DNA from: Lachnospiraceae bacterium | GTDB lineage: Bacteria; Bacillota; Clostridia; Lachnospirales; Lachnospiraceae | DNA: 64,000 nt | Direction: 5' to 3' | NCBI GenBank assembly: GCA_022791635.1 | Contig: JAAVZL010000037.1 | Coordinates: 16,242 to 80,241, forward strand | Shown: positions 28,708 through 39,048 of the stretch, piece after piece | How positions within the stretch are numbered: the stretch's first letter is position 1 | Layout of the letters: the number at the start of each line of letters is the position of its first letter | Program-made: the position numbers and the translations under genes | Notes under the pieces: generated by a model | What the model was told of the DNA's origin: nothing | Seen by the model: the letters and a program-made list of their open reading frames with translations, nothing else | Databases searched by the model: none

Positions 28708-29673
28708 ATGAACTCAGGAAAAAAGATAGATGTGAAAAAGCTTGTTTCCAAGTACAGTATTATCATCGTCCTGCTGGCGATTATGCTTGTCTGTACCATT
28801 GCGAACAGTAACTTTTTGACAGCGAATAACTTAATCAATGTATGCCGCCAGCAGTCGGTGATTATCATCATTGCATTCGGAGAAATGGCGCTTATTATCT
28901 GCGGCCAGCTGGACTTGTCCTGCGGCTCGGTGATTGCCCTGGCAGGCTGTCTCTCCGTTTCTACCTACAAATCCACCCAGAGTATGCTTCTGGCCTTTGC
29001 GGTGGCCATTGCAGTCTCTCTGCTGGTGAACTTCCTGAACGGAGTGATGGTGACGAAATTTAAGACTCCTGCCTTCATTGCCACCCTGGCCACCCAGACC
29101 ATGGCCCGGGGCGCGGCGCTCTATATCACCAACGGACAGAATATTTACGAGATCGGCGGCTACACAACGGTTGGGCAGGGATCCTTAGGCCCCATCCCCA
29201 TTCCGGTTATCTTCATGGCAGTGATCTTTATCATCATGGCGTATATGATGCGGAATACGCGCTGGGGGCGTTCCACCTTTGCAGTAGGCGGCAACGCGGA
29301 GGCGGCCAATGCATCCGGCATCCATACCCAGCTGGTCATTATGAAGGCTTATCTGCTCAACGGTGTTCTCATCGGGATTGCGGCGGTGCTCTTTATGTCC
29401 CGCGTTAACGGCGGACTTCCGGCAGGCGCGTCGGGATATGAGATGGACGGCCTTACGGCAACCATTGTGGGCGGTACAAGCTTTACCGGAGGAATCGGTA
29501 CCCCCTGGGGAACGGTTGTGGGCGCCTTCGTAGTCGGATTTTTGGGAAATATCATGAACCTGATGTCCATCGATTCCTATATCCAGCAGATTGTGCGCGG
29601 CGCCATCATTGCATTTGCGGTTATCTGGGATATCTATTCCAAATCCCGCCAGACCTACAAGAAGGGAAAGTAA
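28708..29673 (+). CDS. Monosaccharide ABC permease (RbsC type)
   Basis: GQLDLSCG, PAFIATLA, AVGGNAEAANASGI, TIVGGTSFTGGIG. Confidence 0.93.
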   Translation: MNSGKKIDVKKLVSKYSIIIVLLAIMLVCTIANSNFLTANNLINVCRQQSVIIIIAFGEMALIICGQLDLSCGSVIALAGCLSVSTYKSTQSMLLAFAVAIAVSLLVNFLNGVMVTKFKTPAFIATLATQTMARGAALYITNGQNIYEIGGYTTVGQGSLGPIPIPVIFMAVIFIIMAYMMRNTRWGRSTFAVGGNAEAANASGIHTQLVIMKAYLLNGVLIGIAAVLFMSRVNGGLPAGASGYEMDGLTATIVGGTSFTGGIGTPWGTVVGAFVVGFLGNIMNLMSIDSYIQQIVRGAIIAFAVIWDIYSKSRQTYKKGK

Positions 29674-29740
29674 TAAAAAGTTAATTCACCCTGCATGGCA
29701 GGGTCAATTATAAAAAATAAAACAAAACGGGAGGTACAAA

Positions 29741-30850
29741 ATGAAGAAAAAAGTATTAGCATTGTTGTGCGCAGTAACGGTATTCGGCGGTTTGCTTGCA
29801 GGCTGCGGCGGCTCCAAGGAGGCGGAGGCTCCGGCTGCTCCCACAGAGCAGGGCTCTTCTGACGAGACAGAAGCTCCGGCAGAGTCCGGCGGGGAAGAGA
29901 AGACAGGCGGATTCAAGGTGGCATATATTGCACGTAATCAGTCTGACCCCTTTGCGGCAGAGCTGGTAAATCAGTTCGTGACACAGGCTGCGGACTATGC
30001 AGATACCTTTACCCTGGACACCTTTGATGCCCAGACAGACAACGAGAAAGAGAACTCCATCATTGAGGACTGTATCACCAAGAACTACGACGTAATTATC
30101 ATTCAGCCCAATGACGGCGAGCTTCAGAAGCCCTACTGCCAGAAGATTCTGGACGCAGGAATCTTCTGCATCACAACCAATGCCGCCATTCGTGAGCTGG
30201 AGGGCGGTTCCTGGGTGGACGGCGATCCCTACGCACAGGGCGAGGCCATTGCAAAGCTTGCAGCGGAGAATGTTCCGGAGAACGGCGTGGTAGGTATTCT
30301 GAACTGTATGCCGGGTAACTTCCATACCACATCCCGCTACGAGGCTATCAAAGCAGAGTTCATCGACAAGAGAACTGATGTGAAGATTATCGGTGACTTT
30401 ATGGAGGAAGAGGCAACCGAGGCAGCCGCTATGGCAACCATGGAAGACTGGGCAACCTCCTACGGACGGATTGACTGTATGCTGACAACTGCCGACCTGT
30501 TAGGAAACGGCGCATACGAGGCAGTAAAGGATGATCCCACCTATGACGGCATGCAGGTATATTCCGTAGACTGTCTGGCAAAGACGGTACTGGAGATCAA
30601 GGACGGCGTGTATACCGCGGCCGTATACCAGAATCCCCCTGCCCTGGCAGCGGCAAATCTGGAGGCAGCCTACAAGCTTCTGACAGGAGAAGAGACTGTG
30701 ATTACCACCTCTGTTGATTCCTTACTGTGTACTGCAGAAAATGTAGATCAGTTCATCCAGATGTACATTGAGCAGGGCCAGATTACACCGGAAGAGGCAG
30801 CTGAGCACGGCTACGAAGAGGGAAGCGCCACATCAATTCTCGCGCAGTAA
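29741..30850 (+). CDS. Sugar ABC substrate-binding lipoprotein (RbsB-like)
   Basis: Lipobox LAGC, low-complexity linker, periplasmic-binding-protein fold motifs (DPF, IIQP, VYQNP). Confidence 0.88.
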   Translation: MKKKVLALLCAVTVFGGLLAGCGGSKEAEAPAAPTEQGSSDETEAPAESGGEEKTGGFKVAYIARNQSDPFAAELVNQFVTQAADYADTFTLDTFDAQTDNEKENSIIEDCITKNYDVIIIQPNDGELQKPYCQKILDAGIFCITTNAAIRELEGGSWVDGDPYAQGEAIAKLAAENVPENGVVGILNCMPGNFHTTSRYEAIKAEFIDKRTDVKIIGDFMEEEATEAAAMATMEDWATSYGRIDCMLTTADLLGNGAYEAVKDDPTYDGMQVYSVDCLAKTVLEIKDGVYTAAVYQNPPALAAANLEAAYKLLTGEETVITTSVDSLLCTAENVDQFIQMYIEQGQITPEEAAEHGYEEGSATSILAQ

Positions 30851-30940
30851 AAACAGCCAGGTATTAAACTTTTACATAGGGTAAAGAGGGAAATGGCGCA
30901 TGGAAAACACAGAGAGGTTTTTACGTGCGCCATTTCCCGT

Positions 30941-31106
30941 GAAACTGGAAACAGCAGTATTCTCGATAAAGATGCATTGAAGCGAGATATTGCGGAACTG
31001 GAAACAGCAATATCTCCGAAACGCATAGAACGATTTACGGACACATGCTTTTGTGTCCGGAAATTGTTCTCGATAAAGATGCGTTGAAGCGAGATATTGC
31101 GGAACT
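30941..31106 (+). repeat. Structured element family 2, one truncated and one full tandem unit
   Basis: 40-bp direct repeat at 30960-30999 and 31067-31106; stems GCAATATCTC/GAGATATTGC and GGACACA/TGTGTCC. Confidence 0.82.
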
Positions 31107-31125
31107 ATAATAAGAGAGGTATAAT

Positions 31126-31890
31126 ATGTATTTAGAGGAGATCTTTGGATTAAAGGGAAAGGTAGCAATTGTAACCGGAGGAAGAAGAGGAATCGGTCAG
31201 GTGGTTGCCTGCGGTCTGGCGAAGGCAGGAGCGGAGGTTGTGATCTTAAGCAGAACCCTGTCGCCGGAAACCGTGAAAATGATCACGGACGAGGGTGGAA
31301 AGGCCTACGACGTTGCAGCGGACGTAACAGACGAGAAGGCGGTAGACGAGGCAATCGCAGAGGTGATGCGCCGGTCCGGCCACATTGACGTGCTGTTTAA
31401 CAATGCGGGAATCTGCATTCACGAAGACACGCTGAAGGCTACGATCGATGAGTGGCGTCAGGTCATTGACACCAATCTCACAGGAGAGTACATTGTTGCC
31501 AGGGCTGTGGGAAGAGTCATGATTGAGAATCACATTAAGGGAAGCATTATCAACATGGGCTCCATGTCGGGCACCATTGTAAACATTCCCCAGTGGCAGG
31601 CCTCCTACAATGCCTCCAAGGCAGGCGTCATCCACATGACCAAGTCTTTGGCGATTGAATGGGCGGAATACGGAATCCGTGTAAACAGCTTAAGCCCCGG
31701 TTACATCGGCACCCCCATGTCGGCAGATACGCCCCAGGAGCTCAAAGACGCCTGGATGCCCCTCATTCCCCAGCACCGCATGGGCGATCCCGAGGAGCTC
31801 ATACCGGCCATCCTTTACCTGGCTTGCGATGCGGCGGGCTATACTACAGGTTCAGACGTAATCGTGGACGGAGGATACGTAGCCTTTTAA
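31126..31890 (+). CDS. SDR oxidoreductase (polyol/ketose reductase-like)
   Basis: TGGRRGIG, NNAG, SMSG.IVNIPQWQASYNASK, SPGY. Confidence 0.9.
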   Translation: MYLEEIFGLKGKVAIVTGGRRGIGQVVACGLAKAGAEVVILSRTLSPETVKMITDEGGKAYDVAADVTDEKAVDEAIAEVMRRSGHIDVLFNNAGICIHEDTLKATIDEWRQVIDTNLTGEYIVARAVGRVMIENHIKGSIINMGSMSGTIVNIPQWQASYNASKAGVIHMTKSLAIEWAEYGIRVNSLSPGYIGTPMSADTPQELKDAWMPLIPQHRMGDPEELIPAILYLACDAAGYTTGSDVIVDGGYVAF

Positions 31891-31912
31891 CCTAGCGGGA
31901 GAGGAGAGACAG

Positions 31913-32731
31913 ATGAGTCTAGTTACACTAAAGGAAGTGCTTACGGATGCCAGGGCAAAAAAATATGCAGTAGGTAACTTCGACGTATTTAACCTGGAAA
32001 TGCTGCGGGGCGTCATGGAGGCGGCGGAGGAAAGCCGGTCGCCGGTAATTCTGGCTTATGCGGAGTCCTTTGAGCCCTTTGCGGATATCCGCCACTATGC
32101 GAAGCTTCTTCGCTCCTATGGGGAGGCGGCCTCGGTGCCGGTGGTGCTTCACAGCGATCATTCCGTAACCCTGGAGGAGATAAAAAGAGTCCTGGACTGC
32201 GGCTTTACCTCGGTGATGATTGACGCCTCCGACAAATCCTTTGAGGAAAACGCGGAGCTGACCGGAAAGGTTGTGGACCTGGCCAGGCCCTATGGGGCGT
32301 CGGTGGAGTCGGAGATTGGTCATGTGTCGGGGCTTGACACGCTGTTCGAGGATGATCACAATGTATTTACCGATCCACAGCAGGCTGAAAGATTCGCCAG
32401 GGAGACAGGCATTGATGCACTTGCCGTTTCCATTGGAAACGTACACGGCGTGTACCGAAAGGAGCCGGATATTCAGTTTGAGCTTCTGGAGGAGTTGAAC
32501 CGTACAGTTCCGGTTCCCCTTGTACTCCACGGAGCCTCCGGCATCTCAGACGAGGATACGAGGAAAATGGTAAGAGGCGGAATTACGAAGGTGAATTACT
32601 ATACGGATCTGTGTCTGGCTGCGGCTGAATGCATGAAGAGGCAGGAGGGAAGACATTATCTTGAGATCTCTGAGGAAATTGTCAGGGCGGTAAAAGAGGC
32701 TGCCCTGTCGAAAATGGAGCTTTTGAAATAG
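31913..32731 (+). CDS. Class II ketose-bisphosphate aldolase
   Basis: LHSDH, SVMIDAS, ESEIGHV, IGNVHG, LVLHGASG, KVNYYT. Confidence 0.92.
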   Translation: MSLVTLKEVLTDARAKKYAVGNFDVFNLEMLRGVMEAAEESRSPVILAYAESFEPFADIRHYAKLLRSYGEAASVPVVLHSDHSVTLEEIKRVLDCGFTSVMIDASDKSFEENAELTGKVVDLARPYGASVESEIGHVSGLDTLFEDDHNVFTDPQQAERFARETGIDALAVSIGNVHGVYRKEPDIQFELLEELNRTVPVPLVLHGASGISDEDTRKMVRGGITKVNYYTDLCLAAAECMKRQEGRHYLEISEEIVRAVKEAALSKMELLK

Positions 32732-32784
32732 CTGCCGTTCTCCTTGGAGCCGGCTGCTGGAAGAAGTCAGTTAGAGGGTGAACC

Positions 32785-33333
32785 ATGATTTATCAAAGTG
32801 AACAGATGGAAAAAGAGGCAATTTTACAGACAGCGGCCCGTATGTGCGCGGCGGCCCGGACAGCCCCGAAAACCCGGGGAGTCGACGATATCTATACTCT
32901 GGTGTTTACGGAGGAAGACAAGGATGCCCTTGAGGGCAAGATGCGGGAGTTTGCGGAGCGGGAGGGCAATGAGGCCATAAGAGAATGGTATCAGAGAGAC
33001 GCGGACAATGTACATGCCGCCGGCGCAGTACTGCTTGTGGGTGCAAAGAAGGCTTACCGCGGCGTACAAAAATGCGGGTTCTGCGGCTTTGAGAACTGCG
33101 GCGCCTGTAAGGCGGCCGGGGCGAACTGTGCATACGTTTATGTGGATCTGGGAATTGCACTTTCCAGCGCTGCGGCCACGGCCGGGGACGAGAGAGTGGA
33201 CAGCCGGATTATGTTTTCCGTGGGAAAGGCGGCTATGGAGCTTGCCTTTGTGTCAAAGGACATTGTGTGGCAGGGGATTCCCCTGAGCGTTGGCGGGAAA
33301 AATATTTTCTTTGATCGGAAAAAGAAAGGATAA
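32785..33333 (+). CDS. DUF2148 ferredoxin-domain protein
   Basis: AARTAPK, RDADNV, CGFCGFENC, DLGIALSSA, DSRIMFSVG, KNIFFDR. Confidence 0.8.
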   Translation: MIYQSEQMEKEAILQTAARMCAAARTAPKTRGVDDIYTLVFTEEDKDALEGKMREFAEREGNEAIREWYQRDADNVHAAGAVLLVGAKKAYRGVQKCGFCGFENCGACKAAGANCAYVYVDLGIALSSAAATAGDERVDSRIMFSVGKAAMELAFVSKDIVWQGIPLSVGGKNIFFDRKKKG

Positions 33334-33407
33334 GGCATCTTTTGACTGTACCCTTGTACAATGAGGGTATGAATTGAAAAGCGATTCACCGGGATAGGTT
33401 GTTTGGA

Positions 33408-33485
33408 AATAAGCCAGCAGTCGTTTCCGTATTCGTGTCCAGAGGGTTTACGTGCACAGATATGGAAAGAGACTGCTGGCTTATT
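33408..33485. repeat. Palindromic element family 3, internally deleted copy
   Basis: AATAAGCCAGCAGTC/GACTGCTGGCTTATT arms around TTTCC...GATATGGAAA. Confidence 0.7.
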
Positions 33486-33509
33486 GCCTGGCGACCCAAG
33501 CTTTGTTAT

Positions 33510-33538
33510 TTGCAAATTTCCAGACATTCTGCTATATT
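33510..33538 (+). promoter_or_regulatory. Sigma-A promoter of the ROK regulator
   Basis: TTGCAA-17bp-TATATT with TG extension. Confidence 0.55.
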
Positions 33539-33569
33539 AAGATTAAAATGATAGAAAGCTCTGAGGGGA

Positions 33570-34703
33570 TTGACAAGCGTGCTGAGTAAAGCTACGAACA
33601 TAGAAATAAAAAAAATAAACAGAAATAATATTTACCGCATTGTACTTGCAAAGGAGAACATATCAAAGCAGGAAATTGCATATCAGCTTCACATCAGCAT
33701 ACCTACGGTTTCCCAAAATTTAAATGAACTGATCGAATATGGGCTGGTGAGGGAGAACGGGACCTTTCAGTCCACAGGCGGAAGAAAAGCAAAGGTGATT
33801 TCCAGCAATCCGATGGCCCGCGTGGCGCTGGGACTTGATATTACGCCTAATCACGTGAATCTCATTATGGTGGATCTGGCCTCCCATGTGCTGCGCTCCC
33901 AGCGTTACCGCCTCCCCTTTCAGCGGGGCCAGGGCTACTATGCAACCCTGGAGAAGCTGATTGGCGATATGGTGAAGAGCACCCGGGTTTCGGAGGAGAA
34001 TATCCTGGGTGTGGGCGTATCCCTTCCGGCCATTATCGGTGCGGACAGCAGAAGCGTCCATTACGCCCCCCTGTTCGACGGCTTGACAGGTCTCTATGAA
34101 GAGCTGGCAGACTACATCAAATATCCCTATCACTTTATGAATGATGCCAATGCAGGCGGCTTTGCGGAGCTCTATGACAATCCCTCCAGCCGCAATGTGC
34201 TCTACCTGTCCCTGAGCAATTCGGTGGGTGGCGCCGTGTTTGTGAACGGTAAGCTCTACTATGGAGAGGACATGCGTAGCGGTGAATTTGGACATATGAC
34301 GCTGGTTCCGGACGGCCGCCGCTGCTATTGCGGGAATTACGGCTGCGTGGATGCCTATTGCTCGGCCCTGCTTCTGTCCAATGCGGCGGAAGGAAATCTG
34401 GCTCTTTTCTTTGAACGGCTTAAGGCCGGCGATTCCAAATGCAGGACAGCCTGGGAGGAATACCTGCATTATCTGGTGATTGTCATCAATAACCTGAATG
34501 TAAGCTTTGACTGTGAGGTCCTTTTGGGCGGCTATGTGGGCCGCTACCTGAAACCCTACCTGGAGAAAATCCGGGAGCTTACCGTGAAGCGCTGCAACTT
34601 CCACATGAAGCATTCCAGCATTCAGGTGAGCCGCCTGAACGAAGAGTCCTCGGCTATGGGGGCGGCGCTTTATTATATTAATGAGTTTATTTCTCAGATT
34701 TGA
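33570..34703 (+). CDS. ROK family transcriptional repressor (XylR-like)
   Basis: N-terminal HTH, STGGRK, NDANAG, SGEFGHM, CYCGNYGC; start may instead be GTG at 33579. Confidence 0.9.
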   Translation: MTSVLSKATNIEIKKINRNNIYRIVLAKENISKQEIAYQLHISIPTVSQNLNELIEYGLVRENGTFQSTGGRKAKVISSNPMARVALGLDITPNHVNLIMVDLASHVLRSQRYRLPFQRGQGYYATLEKLIGDMVKSTRVSEENILGVGVSLPAIIGADSRSVHYAPLFDGLTGLYEELADYIKYPYHFMNDANAGGFAELYDNPSSRNVLYLSLSNSVGGAVFVNGKLYYGEDMRSGEFGHMTLVPDGRRCYCGNYGCVDAYCSALLLSNAAEGNLALFFERLKAGDSKCRTAWEEYLHYLVIVINNLNVSFDCEVLLGGYVGRYLKPYLEKIRELTVKRCNFHMKHSSIQVSRLNEESSAMGAALYYINEFISQI

Positions 34704-34776
34704 TTCCACAGAGGCTCACTTTATAGCTGTTATTGTATTTTAAGGAATATAGGAGCAAAGGAGACGCTTACCGCTT

Positions 34777-36633
34777 ATGTTTGATATAGAAGAAGAGCTG
34801 AAAAAGCTGCCGGCCAAGCCTGGCGTTTATTTAATGCACGATGAGAAGGACGCCATCATCTATGTGGGAAAGGCCGTATCCCTGAAGAACCGGGTGCGGC
34901 AGTATTTTCAGTCCAGCCGGAATAAGGGGGTCAAGATTGAGCAGATGGTGACTCACATTGCCCGTTTTGAGTATATCATCACGGATTCCGAGCTGGAGGC
35001 TCTGGTGCTGGAGTGCAATCTGATTAAGGAGCACAGGCCCAAGTACAATACCATGCTGATGGATGACAAGACCTACCCCTATATCAAGGTGACTGTGAAT
35101 GAAGAGTACCCCCGGGTGCTCTTTTCCCGTCAGCTTAGAAAGGACAAGGGGAAATATTACGGTCCTTACACCAGCGCCGGGGCGGTGAAGGATACCATCG
35201 ATCTCATTCATAAGCTGTACCGGATCCGCACCTGTAACCGGAATCTGCCCAGGGATATCGGAAAGGAACGGCCCTGTCTGAATTATCATATCAAGCAGTG
35301 CAACGCTCCCTGCCAGGGATATATTTCCAGGGAGGATTACGGGAAAAATGTGGCAAAGGCCCTGGAATTTTTGAACGGCAATTACGGGCCGCTGATCCGG
35401 GAGCTGGAGGAGAAGATGAAGGCGGCTGCCGACGCCATGGAGTTTGAGGCGGCTATCGAGCAGCGGGAGCTGTTAAACAGCGTCAAGCAGATTGCCCAGA
35501 AGCAGAAAATCACCCACAGCGATATGGAGGATAAGGATATCATTGCCCTGGCAAGCGAGGGGGAAGACGCAGTGGTTCAGGTGTTCTTTATCCGGGACGG
35601 AAAGCTCATTGGGCGGGATCATTTTTACCTGCGGATTGCGGAGGGTGAGCAGACAAAGGAGATCTTAAGCAGTTTTGTTAAGCAATTTTATGCAGGAACG
35701 CCCTACATTCCCCGAGAGCTGATGATAGAGGAGGCCATTGAGGACAAGGAGGTCATTGAGCAGTGGCTTTCTGCCAGAAAGGGTCATCGGGTGTATCTTC
35801 GGATTCCCAAGATCGGAACAAAGGAAAAGCTGGTAGAGCTGGCTAAGAAAAATGCGGCCCTGGTTTTGAGCCAGGATAAGGAGAAGATTAAGAGAGAAGA
35901 GGGCCGCACTATCGGCGCCATGAAGGAGATTGCTTCCCTTCTGGGGCTTTCCGGTATCAGCCGGGTGGAGGCCTTTGATATTTCCAATACCAACGGCTTT
36001 GAGTCCGTGGGCTCTATGGTGGTATACGAAAAGGGAAAGCCAAAGCGCAGCGACTACCGGAAGTTTAAGATCCGCTCGGTGAAGGGCCCCGATGACTATG
36101 CCAGTATGCGGGAGGTGCTGACCCGGCGCTTTCTTCACGGAATGGAAGAGGAGGCACAGCTTAAGGAAAAGGAACTTTCCAGCCGGTTTGGAAGCTTTAC
36201 CAAATTTCCGGACCTTTTGATGATGGACGGCGGCAGAGGCCAGGTAAATATTGCCCTGGAGGTTCTAAAGGAGCTTCGGCTTCAGATACCGGTGTGCGGC
36301 ATGGTAAAGGATGACAACCACCACACTCGGGGACTTTACTTTCACAATGTGGAGATTCCCATTGACAGGAATTCCGAGGGCTTTCGCCTGATTACGCGGA
36401 TCCAGGACGAAGCCCACCGCTTTGCCATTGAGTACCACCGCTCCTTGAGAAGCAAGGAGCAGGTCCATTCCGTCCTGGACGATATCGAGGGGATCGGCCC
36501 CTCCAGACGAAAGGCATTGATGAAGCATTTCCAGTCCCTGGAGGCTATCCGCAAGGCGGACGTAGATACCCTGGCCGGGGTCCCTTCCATGAACCGGCGG
36601 GCGGCGGAGCAGGTGTATGGGTTTTTTCATTGA
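34777..36633 (+). CDS. uvrC: Excinuclease ABC subunit C
   Basis: GIY-YIG (PGVY...YVGKA..L..RV.QYF), [22 protein letters not shown], HhH. Confidence 0.98.
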   Translation: MFDIEEELKKLPAKPGVYLMHDEKDAIIYVGKAVSLKNRVRQYFQSSRNKGVKIEQMVTHIARFEYIITDSELEALVLECNLIKEHRPKYNTMLMDDKTYPYIKVTVNEEYPRVLFSRQLRKDKGKYYGPYTSAGAVKDTIDLIHKLYRIRTCNRNLPRDIGKERPCLNYHIKQCNAPCQGYISREDYGKNVAKALEFLNGNYGPLIRELEEKMKAAADAMEFEAAIEQRELLNSVKQIAQKQKITHSDMEDKDIIALASEGEDAVVQVFFIRDGKLIGRDHFYLRIAEGEQTKEILSSFVKQFYAGTPYIPRELMIEEAIEDKEVIEQWLSARKGHRVYLRIPKIGTKEKLVELAKKNAALVLSQDKEKIKREEGRTIGAMKEIASLLGLSGISRVEAFDISNTNGFESVGSMVVYEKGKPKRSDYRKFKIRSVKGPDDYASMREVLTRRFLHGMEEEAQLKEKELSSRFGSFTKFPDLLMMDGGRGQVNIALEVLKELRLQIPVCGMVKDDNHHTRGLYFHNVEIPIDRNSEGFRLITRIQDEAHRFAIEYHRSLRSKEQVHSVLDDIEGIGPSRRKALMKHFQSLEAIRKADVDTLAGVPSMNRRAAEQVYGFFH

Positions 36634-36717
36634 GCTAGTTGCAACCGCCCCATATCCTGTGCTAAAATAAAAACAATGAAGGGCAGATACGGCGATGGAA
36701 TAAGAAAGGGAAAGAAT

Positions 36718-37653
36718 ATGGCAGTTGTACAGAGCATTGATTTGACGAAAATGGTAGAAAAACTGAATCTGAAGAATGAAACCCCGGACATTGATATGGC
36801 AGGAATGAAGCTGGTTACGCCGGAGGTAAACCGGCCGGCCCTGCAGCTTACGGGATATTTTGATCATTTTGCTTCAGAGCGGGTGCAGATTGTCGGATAT
36901 GTGGAATATACCTATCTTCAGAGTAAGAGTAAGGAAGAAAAGGCCCCCATCTATGAGCGGTTCTTTTCCAGCAATATTCCCTGTGTGGTTTATACGTCCC
37001 AGACTGTGCCGGAGGAGGAAGCGCTTAAGCTGGCTCACAAGTACCATGTGCCTGTTTTAAGCACTCCGGCTGCCACCTCCAATTTTATGGCAGAGGTCAT
37101 TCGCTGGATGAATGTGGAGCTGGCGCCTCGGATTTCCATTCACGGTGTGCTGGTGGATGTGTACGGCGAGGGCGTGCTGATCATGGGTGAGAGCGGGATC
37201 GGAAAGAGCGAGACGGCTCTGGAGCTGATTAAGCGGGGACACCGTCTGGTGACGGACGACGTGGTGGAGATCCATAAGGTCAGCGACGACACGCTGATTG
37301 GCCGCTCTCCGGAGATTACCAAGCACTTTATTGAGCTGCGTGGCATCGGCATTGTGGATGTAAAGACCCTGTTCGGTGTGGAGAGCGTAAAGGAGACCCA
37401 GTCCATTGACATGGTGATCAAGCTGGAGGATTGGGATAAGGACAAGCAGTATGACCGCATGGGCCTCCAGGAGGAGTACACGGAATTTTTGGGAAATAAG
37501 GTGGTCTGCCATTCTCTTCCCATCCGTCCTGGTCGGAATCTGGCGATTATTGTAGAGTCTGCGGCAGTAAATCACAGGCAGAAGAAGATGGGCTATAATG
37601 CGGCTCAGGAGCTGTACCGCAGAGTGCAGGCCAATATTGCCAAGAGAGATTAA
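36718..37653 (+). CDS. hprK: HPr(Ser) kinase/phosphatase
   Basis: HGVLVDVYGEGVLIMGESGIGKSETALEL, LVTDD, IELRGIGI, PIRPGRN. Confidence 0.97.
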   Translation: MAVVQSIDLTKMVEKLNLKNETPDIDMAGMKLVTPEVNRPALQLTGYFDHFASERVQIVGYVEYTYLQSKSKEEKAPIYERFFSSNIPCVVYTSQTVPEEEALKLAHKYHVPVLSTPAATSNFMAEVIRWMNVELAPRISIHGVLVDVYGEGVLIMGESGIGKSETALELIKRGHRLVTDDVVEIHKVSDDTLIGRSPEITKHFIELRGIGIVDVKTLFGVESVKETQSIDMVIKLEDWDKDKQYDRMGLQEEYTEFLGNKVVCHSLPIRPGRNLAIIVESAAVNHRQKKMGYNAAQELYRRVQANIAKRD

Positions 37654-37674
37654 AAGAAAAGGGGGTATGAGAAG

Positions 37675-38610
37675 ATGAAAAAATATTGCTTTGGGGCAGA
37701 TATCGGAGGAACCACAGTCAAGCTGGGCTTATTTGATGCGGAAGGAAATCTGCTGGACAAATGGGAGATCAAAACCCATACGGAAAATGAGGGAGAGGCG
37801 ATTCTTCCTGATACAGCGGCAGCGATTTTGGCTAAGATGGAAGAGAAAAAGCTCGATCCGGAGGAAGTGGCAGGAATCGGTGTAGGAGTTCCGGGTCCCG
37901 TATCCATTGACGGGATTGTGCCTCACACGGCAAATCTGGGCTGGGGCTACAAGGAGGTAACAAGAGAGCTCTCCGAACGCACCGGGCTCCCCTGTAAGGC
38001 GGGAAATGACGCCAACGTGGCAGCCTTGGGAGAAATGTGGATGGGAGGAGCAAAGGGACACAAGGATGTTCTGCTTTTGACCCTGGGAACCGGCGTGGGC
38101 GGCGGTATTATTGTGGACGGAAAGATTCTCACAGGGGCTCACGGAGCCGGTGGTGAGATCGGCCACATCCATGTGGAGGATGAGATGGAAGAGCACTGCG
38201 GCTGTGGAAATCAGGGATGCCTGGAGCAGTTTGCCTCTGCAACGGGAATTGCGCGTCTTGCCCGGGAGGCCTTGGCCAAGAGTGAGAAGCCCTCGCTTCT
38301 GCGTAAGGGAGAGGCGAGTGCAAAGGCTGTCTTCGATGCCCTCAAGGAGGGTGATGAGTTGGCTAAGGAGATCGTGGAACGCTTTGGAAAATATCTGGGC
38401 ACGGGAATCGCCGTTATGGCAAGTATCCTCGATCCGGAGGTTGTCGTAATCGGAGGCGGCGTCTCCAAGGCCGGGGAAATTCTGCTGGACTATATCCGCA
38501 AATATTTTCGACCCTATGCCTACAAGGCATCCAAGGATACGGAATTTGTTCTGGCACAGCTGGGAAATGATGCGGGGATTTATGGCTGTGCAAAGCTGAT
38601 ATTGGGATAA
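37675..38610 (+). CDS. glcK: ROK family glucokinase
   Basis: GADIGGT, NDANVAALGE, TLGTGVGGG, GEIGH, CGCGNQGCLE. Confidence 0.92.
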   Translation: MKKYCFGADIGGTTVKLGLFDAEGNLLDKWEIKTHTENEGEAILPDTAAAILAKMEEKKLDPEEVAGIGVGVPGPVSIDGIVPHTANLGWGYKEVTRELSERTGLPCKAGNDANVAALGEMWMGGAKGHKDVLLLTLGTGVGGGIIVDGKILTGAHGAGGEIGHIHVEDEMEEHCGCGNQGCLEQFASATGIARLAREALAKSEKPSLLRKGEASAKAVFDALKEGDELAKEIVERFGKYLGTGIAVMASILDPEVVVIGGGVSKAGEILLDYIRKYFRPYAYKASKDTEFVLAQLGNDAGIYGCAKLILG

Positions 38611-38671
38611 GCCTTGTGAAAATAGCCAATCATTTTCCAAAAAGTGACAAATTTTTCAGCATGCAAAGCCA

Positions 38672-38700
38672 TTGACTTTTTGGGAGGCTTGTACTAGAAT
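38672..38700 (+). promoter_or_regulatory. Sigma-A promoter
   Basis: TTGACT-17bp-TAGAAT. Confidence 0.75.
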
Positions 38701-38736
38701 AAGAACAACAAAAGATAATACATAAGATACAAATGA

Positions 38737-38775
38737 TAACAAAGGCGTTACCGATTCCCGTGGTAACGCCTTTTT
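38737..38775 (+). promoter_or_regulatory. Leader terminator with an overlapping ANTAR-like hairpin
   Basis: TAAC-AAAGGC-GTTA hexaloop overlapping the terminator AAAGGCGTTACC/GGTAACGCCTTT+T. Confidence 0.55.
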
Positions 38776-38831
38776 ATGCACACGGGCGCCCAAAGGAAGA
38801 TGTCAGCTAAAGCTGACGGGCGCCCCGCGCG
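38771..38831 (+). repeat. Element family 4
   Basis: TTTTTATGCACACGGGCGCCC...GTCAGCTAAAGCTGACGGGCGCCC. Confidence 0.7.
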
Positions 38832-38877
38832 TTTATCTTTTGTTTAGGGCCATACGCCCTATCTCTCCCTTTTATAT

Positions 38878-38981
38878 GGGGCAGCCGAAAATAGGATAGC
38901 AGACTTTTCGGATATTCCGTGTACGAGAACCATTCGGACACAGGATATGGAAATGTTTGGCGGCTTATTTTGCGGCTGCCC
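38878..38981. repeat. Palindromic element family 3, internally deleted copy
   Basis: GGGCAGCCG-AAAATAGG/CTTATTTT-GCGGCTGCCC arms; core GTACGAGAACC...ACACAGGATATGGAAAT. Confidence 0.75.
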
Positions 38982-39048
38982 TGTTCTTGTATTTTAACTT
39001 CAGAATTGCTATAATAGCCATATCTCAATCACACAGAGGATAATAGAA

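Noticed and set aside
30941-31106. CRISPR array suggested by direct repeats (also 51737-51960)
   Set aside because: Only two units, repeats are long and degenerate, the intervening sequences are homologous hairpins rather than unique spacers, and no cas genes are present.
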